Below are positions 7,502 through 14,119 of a stretch of DNA of 16,019 nucleotides, one piece after another; the stretch's first letter is position 1; the number at the start of each line of letters is the position of its first letter. The DNA is taken from positions 1-16,019 of the forward strand of contig CALBMW010000727.1 of NCBI GenBank assembly GCA_937896275.1, given 5' to 3'. This DNA comes from an uncultured Myxococcales bacterium. GTDB lineage: Bacteria; Myxococcota_A; Bradymonadia; UBA7976; UBA1532. Made by a program: the position numbers and the translations under genes. The notes below the pieces were generated by a model. The model was not told where the DNA came from, ran no database searches, and saw nothing but the letters and a program-made list of their open reading frames with translations.

Positions 7502-8173
7502 TCAATCGACGAAGAGCGCGCCGAGCGGATCGGCCTGACCGTGCAGCGGGCTGTCGACCAATCCACCGAGGAGCAGGTGCAGCCACAGCAGAAGATCGGC
7601 GTCGCTGGCGGGCCGGCAGCGGACAGCCGCGCCCGTGCCACGGCGCGCGACGACATGACCGTCGAGCTGCACCTGGGCGCCGTCCTCGAGCGCGACCCGG
7701 ACCGCGACCGAGGCGCCCTCCAGGAGCCCCTCCGGCATCGGATCGACCCACAGCCCGTAGAGCGAGACGTCGAGCGAGCGGCTCTGCGCGCCGTCGATGG
7801 TGACCGCCAGATCGGCCCGGACGCGCGGATGCCGACGCAGGTTCGACGGGTGGCTGAGCACCTCGCGGACGTGGTGCGCCATCACCTCAGGTTTGTCGGG
7901 CAGCAGCCGTAACACAGCGGGCGGCAAGGACAATTCGGCCGGCGCGACCGCCAGCACGGGCACCAGCGCGGTGTCGTGCGCCGCCAGCGCGGCCTGGCCC
8001 GGAGGCTTGCGCGCGTCGAGCACCAGCAGCCCCCGACCGTCGTAGACCGCGACCGCGACCGCCTGCAGATCCGCCGCCGGGGCACGGCGAACGGCCACCC
8101 CCGCCTGGAGCAACTCGCCCTCGAGCGTCGCCAGCTCGTCGGTCCTACCCAGAATCCAGACCGTCGGTGTCAT
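7502..8173 (-). CDS. Receiver-like domain / PilZ domain protein (putative c-di-GMP receptor)
   Basis: 223 aa. The C-terminal half carries both PilZ signatures: RRHPR (RxxxR, aa 113-117) and DVSLYG (DxSxxG, aa 135-140). The N-terminal ~100 aa are CheY-like in pattern: WILGRTDE, LLVLDARKP with candidate Asp53, and LPDKPE with the conserved Lys-Pro. The beta4 Thr/Ser is replaced (VLAVA). The ATG at 8173 overlaps the ATPase TGA (ATGA), and GGGGAG lies 6 nt upstream. Confidence 0.8.
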   Translation of the reverse strand: MTPTVWILGRTDELATLEGELLQAGVAVRRAPAADLQAVAVAVYDGRGLLVLDARKPPGQAALAAHDTALVPVLAVAPAELSLPPAVLRLLPDKPEVMAHHVREVLSHPSNLRRHPRVRADLAVTIDGAQSRSLDVSLYGLWVDPMPEGLLEGASVAVRVALEDGAQVQLDGHVVARRGTGAAVRCRPASDADLLLWLHLLLGGLVDSPLHGQADPLGALFVD

Positions 8174-11049
8174 CGGGCGCTCCCCGTGCTCAGACCCGCC
8201 ACCCCGGCCCGCCGGGTCGCGCTCACAGCCTGCCGATGCAGGGCCTCGACGCGCGCGGGCACGCGCTCCGGATCGAGAGCCACGCCCTCGGCGTCCAGCA
8301 GATCCTCGTAGGGGTGGTCGACCCGATGCACCAAGCGCTCGCTCGCGAAGACGCTCTGCCGGATCAACGCCTGCGCGGGCGCCAGATCCATGGTCTGCAC
8401 GTGCAAGGTGCCGTCCGGCGTCACCACGGGCTCGTCGAGGCCGACCGAGCGATGCGCGGGCGGATCGGGCAGCGGATCACCGGCGCGGCGCCCATGCGCG
8501 ACCCCGTCGTCCAGCGGCGCCCACGACGCCGGCGCCTCCTCGCGCAGGCTCGGCGCGGCCCCCAAGCGGGGGCGTCCGGCCGACGACGCGAGCTCCGCGT
8601 CGGCCCACGGATCGTAGTCGTCTTCGCCTTCGTCCTCGTCTTGTGGGTCGGCCCGATCCGCGTCCCGTCCGCCCACCGCCAAGGCCTGCCCAGCGATCGA
8701 CGCGACCTGCCCACCCGGAGGTGCAGCCGAGCGCGCGGGCGTCGGCGCGGGCGCGGGCGCGGGCCCAGGAGCGGGCGTGGGCGTGCTCGCGGGCTCCTCG
8801 AAGAAGATGTCGTCGAAGGCCTGCTCGACGTCCTCATCGACGGTTCGGGTCGCCGGCGGCGGAGGCGTGTGGGGCGTGGCCGTTGCGCGGGCGCCGGCCA
8901 CCGGTGGGGTCTCGAACCCCAACGAGGAGGGGTCGAAGTCGGGCAGCGAGTCCTCCGGCGTGAAGCCGGGCGCCGCGGCGCGGCGGACGGGGGCGTCGTC
9001 GGGCCAGTCCGGCGCCGGGTCGCTGTCGCCGCCCGTGAGCGCCGCCAGGGCTTGGCGACCGGGGTGCGGCCGGGCCGAGGTTGCTGGCCAGGCTGGGATG
9101 CCGTCGGGCAGCGCCGCCGCCTCGAGCGCGGCCACGATGTCAGCCACCGCGCGGGGATCTACCAAAGGCTGCGGCTGCGCAGCGCTCACGGGCGGGGACG
9201 GCGTCGGCTCGACCGGCGAGCGACCGGCGTCGGCGGGCAGGTCCCACGCCATCTCGTCGGCGTCCACGGTCGGCACCTCGGCCGTCGGCCGCTCCGCCCG
9301 ATCGAAGGCCTCGTCGAGCGCCGCACCAAAACCGCCCGCGCCAGGCACCTGCTCCCACTCACCCCAGGCCGCCGCGAGGTCGGGCGCCGCCGAATCGACC
9401 GGCGGCGCCGCCTCCTCGGGAAGGTCCAGGCTGATCGCGGCCTCTGGCTCCGCGGCGTCCCAAGCGCCTGCGAGCGGATCGTCACCGAGGGCCGCGCCGA
9501 CGCGGTCGACCGCCGCAATGGGGGCGCTCTCCGCCGGGACCACGGCGGTGACGGGCACGACGGCGACCTCGATCGGGGTCTCCTCCGGATCGCCGACCCA
9601 AGCCTGCAGCGCGTCGGCGGGGGCGGCCTCGGTGTGAGCCGGCCCCGCCTGCCCTTCGCGCCAAGCGAGCTCCGCCGCGTCCATCCGGTCGGCGGTCTCC
9701 GCGCCGGCCACGGCGGCGCGGTCGATCGAGCCGGTCACGACCGAGAGTGGCCCCAACTCGTCCATCTCTGGGAGCGGCAGCTCGCCCAGATCGTCCATCT
9801 CTGCCGCCGGAAGATCCCCCAGCGAGTCCCCCGGAGTGAGTAGGGGCTCTCCCTCGTCGAGGCCACCGTCGGACGCACCCGGGGACGAGGCGTCGTCGCA
9901 CTCCTCGCTCGCCTCGGGCGCGGGTGGCTCCACCCACGCGCCCTCCGGCGTGCCCGGCGGCTCGCCCTGATCCACGACATCGTTGGGCGGACCCTCGGCC
10001 GGGACGTCGCCGCCTCGATCGCTCGCGTCGGCAACCGGCAGGTGTGGAACATGCTCGCTCGAATCGGCGTCGGCCGGCGGCTGATCACCGTCGGCGACGA
10101 GGCTGGGCGGCAGATCGCGACGCAGGAGCAGGTCCGGGCGCGCCGCGCCGCTGAACTCGAGCAGCCGATCCACCATCGCGGCCGTCGCGTCGCCCAGCGC
10201 GCCATAGGGCACTGTGTGCGCCACCGACTTCATGCGCCGGATCGCCGTCCGCACCTCCAACTCGATCGGCAGGGTGCCGGCGTGGGGGAGCGCGACGTCG
10301 AGGTAGCGGTGACACACGAGCCGCAGCGCGCCGAGGACTCGCCTCTCCTCGCGCTCGTTCGCCTGATTGATCACGACCTGCGCGCGGAAGTCGGCGACCA
10401 GCGCGGCGACCGCGTCAGCGATCGCGGGATCGGCGGCCCGCACCGCCTCGATCAGCGGCCCGACGGCGTCGAGCCGCTCCGTCGCGTCCCGCGGCTGCAT
10501 CACGCGCGCGAGGGCCGCCCGCACCACGGCCTCGTGGCCACAGCCCAGCTCGATGCGCCGGAAGAGCGCCGACTTCAGGAAGGCATAGGCGTTCTGGATC
10601 GAGGTCGGCTCCGGCCCCGTCACCACCAGCCCCAGACCGGCCAGGTTGAAGAAGTCGAGCGTCGTGTAGTGCGTGCCGGCGCCGAGGTCGATCAACACCA
10701 CGTCGACGTCCAGGCCGAGCACCGCGTCGATCAGTCGCTCCTTCTCGGTCGGTCGTGGATGAGCCGCCCGAAGGATGCCGGCGGCGCCGCTGATCAGTCG
10801 AAGACCGGGCACCTCGGTGTCGAGGCAGACCTCATCGAGCGTGTGGGCCCGCCCCAAAACGAAGTCGCTCAGCGTCCGGGCGGGCTGCAGCAGGCCCAGC
10901 AGGGTGTGCAGGTTCGCGGCGCCCAGATCGGCGTCCAACGCCACGACGCGCAGGCCCCGCCTGGCGAGCTCAGCGCCGACGATCGCGCACACCAGCGACT
11001 TGCCGACGCCGCCCTTGCCCCCACCGAAGGCCCAGACCCGCTCCGCCAT
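8170..11049 (-). CDS. ParA/MinD(FlhG)-like P-loop ATPase fused to a very long acidic disordered region and a small C-terminal domain
   Basis: 959 aa. Within aa 1-300 there is a deviant Walker A (GGGKGGVGKS) with its signature Lys, switch I (VVALDADLGAANLHTLLGL, FlhG/MinD-like) and Walker B (DVVLIDLGAG). Roughly aa 305-865 are Pro/Ala/Asp/Glu-rich low complexity. Roughly aa 866-959 have ordinary composition (VVTPDGTLHVQTMDLAPAQALIRQSVFASERLVHRVDHPYEDLLD). The ATG at 11049 shares 1 nt with the upstream TGA (TGATG), and GGGGGA lies 8-9 nt upstream. Confidence 0.85.
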   Translation of the reverse strand: MAERVWAFGGGKGGVGKSLVCAIVGAELARRGLRVVALDADLGAANLHTLLGLLQPARTLSDFVLGRAHTLDEVCLDTEVPGLRLISGAAGILRAAHPRPTEKERLIDAVLGLDVDVVLIDLGAGTHYTTLDFFNLAGLGLVVTGPEPTSIQNAYAFLKSALFRRIELGCGHEAVVRAALARVMQPRDATERLDAVGPLIEAVRAADPAIADAVAALVADFRAQVVINQANEREERRVLGALRLVCHRYLDVALPHAGTLPIELEVRTAIRRMKSVAHTVPYGALGDATAAMVDRLLEFSGAARPDLLLRRDLPPSLVADGDQPPADADSSEHVPHLPVADASDRGGDVPAEGPPNDVVDQGEPPGTPEGAWVEPPAPEASEECDDASSPGASDGGLDEGEPLLTPGDSLGDLPAAEMDDLGELPLPEMDELGPLSVVTGSIDRAAVAGAETADRMDAAELAWREGQAGPAHTEAAPADALQAWVGDPEETPIEVAVVPVTAVVPAESAPIAAVDRVGAALGDDPLAGAWDAAEPEAAISLDLPEEAAPPVDSAAPDLAAAWGEWEQVPGAGGFGAALDEAFDRAERPTAEVPTVDADEMAWDLPADAGRSPVEPTPSPPVSAAQPQPLVDPRAVADIVAALEAAALPDGIPAWPATSARPHPGRQALAALTGGDSDPAPDWPDDAPVRRAAAPGFTPEDSLPDFDPSSLGFETPPVAGARATATPHTPPPPATRTVDEDVEQAFDDIFFEEPASTPTPAPGPAPAPAPTPARSAAPPGGQVASIAGQALAVGGRDADRADPQDEDEGEDDYDPWADAELASSAGRPRLGAAPSLREEAPASWAPLDDGVAHGRRAGDPLPDPPAHRSVGLDEPVVTPDGTLHVQTMDLAPAQALIRQSVFASERLVHRVDHPYEDLLDAEGVALDPERVPARVEALHRQAVSATRRAGVAGLSTGSAR
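9742..9825 (-). repeat. In-frame 33-nt (11-aa) tandem repeat inside the ATPase disordered region
   Basis: TCGTCCATCTCTG recurs on the plus strand at 9758-9770 and 9791-9803. The protein reads LGDLPAAEMDD / LGELPLPEMDE / LGPLS, about 2.5 units. Confidence 0.7.
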
Positions 11050-12473
11050 CAGCGCGTTCCCCCGTCGCGTGCGTCGTGCGCCGCTGAGCCCCCATCCGGG
11101 GGGGGCGCGCCAGCGTCTCCTGCCTGCAGTCGGCGCAACAGGAGGCGGCGCTTGAACCCATTGAGTTCACCGCGGGCGTCCTTGGCTCTCAGGCTGTCGT
11201 AGAGCTTCTCCATGAGCACGCCGGTGGCGTACTCCACCCCCACCTGGTGGTCGACGAGCCATCGGATCAGCGTCGGATCGTCGGTGGCGGCCAGGGCCCG
11301 GATGATGGCGAACTGGTAGTTGCGGTAGGGGACGAGCAGCTTCTTGCGCCCCCCCTCCTGCACCGGGACCGTGCGCTCGGGGCAGTTCTCGAGCGGATCG
11401 GTGGAGACTTCGAACGCAGCCCGCAGGGGGCCCGATGCGTCGAACTCCGCCAGCTTTTCGAGCGCCTGGATGGCCGCGCAGCGCATCGCGAGCGACGGAT
11501 CCTCGAGCCGCGCGGTCAGCAGGTCGAGCAGCGCGCGGTTACGCAGCTCGCCCAGGGCCCACAGCGCCGCGAGCTGGGTGTCCTCGTCTTGGTTGCTCGT
11601 CAAGATGCGCCGCAGCAGATCGACCGCCGGCACCTTCAGCATGCCCAGCATCAAGGCGAGCGCCCGCGGCTCGCGCTGCGCGACGGGGCTCTCGGCGACC
11701 GTGCGCGCCGCCGTTCTGGCCTGCTCACCCCCCACCTGGCCCAGCGCGATGAGCGCCGTGAAGGTGAGCGCGGGCTGCTCGATGGCGAGTCGCCCCAGGC
11801 GCTCGGCGGCCGCCTGCACGCCCAGCGATCCCACCACGAACGCCGCGCGCGCCGCGACGCCCTCGTCGGGATCGTCGAGGGCTCGGAGCACCACCTGCTC
11901 GACCGCCGGGGTGACCGCGAAGTCGAGGCGCGTCGCCAACATGCTCATGCCCTCGCGACGCACCGCCGGATCGGCGCTCCGCATGTGCACCACCGCGACA
12001 CCTGGGTGTGAGTAGCGCCCCAGGAAGTTGTGGGACAGGGCATTGGACGAGAGGATGAAGGCCGCCGAGAAGGCCAGGAAGTACAGGCCAAAGCGAACGG
12101 ACGAGTCCCCGCCGCGCAGGGCCTCACGGTCCTCCGCGTCGGTGGTCTCGTGCCCCATCCCGTCGATGCGGGCGTCGAGCTCGGCCATCTCGTCGCGCAG
12201 GAAGTGCTCGGTGAACCCGCGGTAGAAGAGCGCCTCGCCCAAGCTGATGACCGACACCAGCCCAGCGACGACGCCCACCGCCATCCACACCGCGACCAGT
12301 ACGAAGCTGAGCCCCGGCGAGTCAGCGCTGTGGTCGATGTAGCGATGGATCAGGTACGCCGCGCCGTAGAAGCCGGCGACGGCGATGAGCAGCATCCCGT
12401 AGCGACGAGCCGCCGTGCCGAAGAGCGCAGCGCGCAGACCGTGCACCGGCGGGCGGTGTGGACGTCCACTCAC
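11049..12473 (-). CDS. Polytopic membrane protein with HEAT (PBS-lyase-type) repeat domain
   Basis: 474 aa. There are three predicted TM helices: MLLIAVAGFYGAAYLIHRYI, LSFVLVAVWMAVGVVAGLVSVISLG and VRFGLYFLAFSAAFILSSNAL. After them come repeated HEAT-like units: SADPAVRREGMSMLATRL, LDDPDEGVAARAAFVVGSLG, NQDEDTQLAALWALGELR and LEDPSLAMRCAAIQALEKL. The start is uncertain. GTG at 12473 abuts the upstream TGA (TGAGTG); alternatives are GTG at 12446 or ATG at 12395, and none has a strong SD. Confidence 0.72.
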   Translation of the reverse strand: MSGRPHRPPVHGLRAALFGTAARRYGMLLIAVAGFYGAAYLIHRYIDHSADSPGLSFVLVAVWMAVGVVAGLVSVISLGEALFYRGFTEHFLRDEMAELDARIDGMGHETTDAEDREALRGGDSSVRFGLYFLAFSAAFILSSNALSHNFLGRYSHPGVAVVHMRSADPAVRREGMSMLATRLDFAVTPAVEQVVLRALDDPDEGVAARAAFVVGSLGVQAAAERLGRLAIEQPALTFTALIALGQVGGEQARTAARTVAESPVAQREPRALALMLGMLKVPAVDLLRRILTSNQDEDTQLAALWALGELRNRALLDLLTARLEDPSLAMRCAAIQALEKLAEFDASGPLRAAFEVSTDPLENCPERTVPVQEGGRKKLLVPYRNYQFAIIRALAATDDPTLIRWLVDHQVGVEYATGVLMEKLYDSLRAKDARGELNGFKRRLLLRRLQAGDAGAPPPDGGSAAHDARDGGTR

Positions 12474-13310
12474 TCAGTTGCCGATCTCAGGCTCCTGGGG
12501 GAAGTAGAAGCCGAAGCCGACCGTCACCGCGAAGTTGTTGCTGATATTGCTGTCGGTGCTCGTCGTCGTGGCGCCCTGTCCATCGCTCTCGACGACGGCG
12601 TTCAGGGAAGAAGAGTAGATGTAGTCGCGGAACTCGAGGTTGACCGCCATGCCGTCGGTCACGAAGGTGCGCAGGCCCACCCCGACGCTGCCCGTCGGTG
12701 TAGCCCCGTCGACGTCCGTCGAGCCGCTGACCAACGTGGCGCCGACCCCGGCGAGCACGTGCAGATCGTAGTTGAGGACCGAACGCCCAAAGAGCGCGAA
12801 CTTGCCGACGAGGGGCGTGTAGATCACCTCGAGCGTGCCCAGCAGGCCCACGTGGGAGAACGCGCCCGCGTCGCTCTTCTCGGGCCGCTCGTCCTCGATG
12901 CGGTCCGCGAGGCCCGAGTTGAAGGGCACCCCCCCCAGCACCGTGGCGCCGATGGCCCAGGCATCCGTGAGGTGATAGGCCAGCTGTGCCCCCAACAGCA
13001 GGTTGCGCTGGAAGGCGTCGTTGAGCGTGAACCCGAAGGTCGGCGTGACCTCGAAGCGACCGCCCCGCAGCATCAGCCGCTTGCGGATCGCCTCGCCCTC
13101 TTCGAGACGGTCGAGCGCCGACCGACGGGGGCCCTGAATGCTGGCCGCCCCGGCTTCGCCGATCGGCATGATCCCACCGAAGACGCCCGCGAGGGCGACG
13201 GCGAGGACCGCGGCCCCCACAGATCCCCCCACCCCGAGCGTTCCGGGCCGCCCCAGCGGGGCGACATGCCCTACGGCATCGTGCTGCTGCGTGGTCAAAG
13301 GCCCCCTCAC
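12474..13310 (-). CDS. Outer-membrane beta-barrel protein (paralogue 2 of tandem pair)
   Basis: These are the last 278 codons of the 12474..14129 track ORF. A hydrophobic signal-like segment (GAAVLAVALAGVFGG) is followed by alternating-hydrophobic beta-strand sequence ending NNFAVTVGFGFYF, which resembles an OMP beta-signal. It is colinear with the upstream gene product: RFEVTPTFGFTLNDA vs RVEVAPFLGTNINDA, YTPLVGKFALFG vs YVPIYGKFALFN, and LEFRDYIY vs IELRDNIY. The start is either GTG at 13310 (GTGA overlap) or TTG at 13298 (GAGG upstream). Confidence 0.7.
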   Translation of the reverse strand: MRGPLTTQQHDAVGHVAPLGRPGTLGVGGSVGAAVLAVALAGVFGGIMPIGEAGAASIQGPRRSALDRLEEGEAIRKRLMLRGGRFEVTPTFGFTLNDAFQRNLLLGAQLAYHLTDAWAIGATVLGGVPFNSGLADRIEDERPEKSDAGAFSHVGLLGTLEVIYTPLVGKFALFGRSVLNYDLHVLAGVGATLVSGSTDVDGATPTGSVGVGLRTFVTDGMAVNLEFRDYIYSSSLNAVVESDGQGATTTSTDSNISNNFAVTVGFGFYFPQEPEIGN

Positions 13311-14086
13311 TTCAGCGTCCGGTACTCGAAGTCGGGCGGCAGAAAGAAGCTGACGCCGGCGGTGAAGATCAAGTTGTTCACCAGCTGGCTGTTGCCCGGA
13401 TAGTCCTCGTTGTAGATGTTGTCCCGCAGCTCGATGTCGAGCGTGAACCAGTGGTTCATGAAGTACCGCTGACCCGCGCCGATCGACAGCGTCGGGTGAC
13501 CGGCGAGCTCGGTCTTCGTCCAGCCGGCGCCCAGCAGCGCGTAGGTGTCCCACGGGATGATCCAGGTGTTGAACAGCGCGAACTTGCCGTAGATGGGCAC
13601 ATACTGGAAGTCGAGCAGCGCCCACCACTGCACCTTCGACACCTGCGGGAACAGCTCGTAATCCTCGATCACGCTGTTGAACAGGTCGCTCTCCGAGCCC
13701 AGGCTGTAGCCGCCGTTTACGCCGACCGCCATGACCTCGGTCAAGTGGTAGTTCAGGTTGCCGCCGGCGACGAACATGCTCGCGAGAGCGTCGTTGATGT
13801 TGGTGCCCAGGAAGGGCGCCACCTCGACGCGGTTGCGGCGCAGGAAGGGGCGCCGTTGAATGACCCGGATGAGGTCGATCTCCTCCTGGCGGGAGCGCTC
13901 GACCTCCTTCGCCGCGGCCTGCGTGTCGACCACGTCGAAGGTCAGGTCCCCCCCCGCGTCGTCCCCACCGGTCGCGTCGTCCCCGACCTCGACCGGGTCG
14001 AACGTCATGTCCTGCGCCAGCGCAGCCGGCGCGGCGGTGAGAGCCGCCAGGAACACGACCGATGCCGCCCTCGTGCGCAGGTTCAT
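13307..14086 (-). CDS. Outer-membrane beta-barrel protein (paralogue 1 of tandem pair)
   Basis: 259 aa from the ATG at 14086, with GGAGG 2-7 nt upstream. The signal peptide is a clean Sec type, MNLRTRAASVVFLAALTAAPAALA/QD. An acidic Gly/Asp-rich linker is followed by beta-strand-pattern sequence rich in aromatic girdle residues, ending NLIFTAGVSFF plus an 11-aa tail. It resembles the myxobacterial outer-membrane beta-barrel domain family (TIGR04565-like, from memory). Confidence 0.8.
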   Translation of the reverse strand: MNLRTRAASVVFLAALTAAPAALAQDMTFDPVEVGDDATGGDDAGGDLTFDVVDTQAAAKEVERSRQEEIDLIRVIQRRPFLRRNRVEVAPFLGTNINDALASMFVAGGNLNYHLTEVMAVGVNGGYSLGSESDLFNSVIEDYELFPQVSKVQWWALLDFQYVPIYGKFALFNTWIIPWDTYALLGAGWTKTELAGHPTLSIGAGQRYFMNHWFTLDIELRDNIYNEDYPGNSQLVNNLIFTAGVSFFLPPDFEYRTLK

Positions 14087-14119
14087 GGCCTCCGTTCCAC
14101 CCAGGTTGGATTCCCGCCG

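Noticed and set aside
8167-11202. Plus-strand ORFs of 558 aa (8167..9843) and 386 aa (10042..11202), plus several smaller ones
   Set aside because: They are antisense to the ParA-like gene. The translations are Arg/Gly-rich and have no motifs. The minus-strand frame has clear Walker motifs and coupled start/stop junctions.
12030-13403. 457-aa plus-strand ORF (similarly 13451..14239 and 14438..15559 on the plus strand)
   Set aside because: They are antisense to the HEAT, barrel and ftsY genes, with no motifs and shadow-ORF composition.
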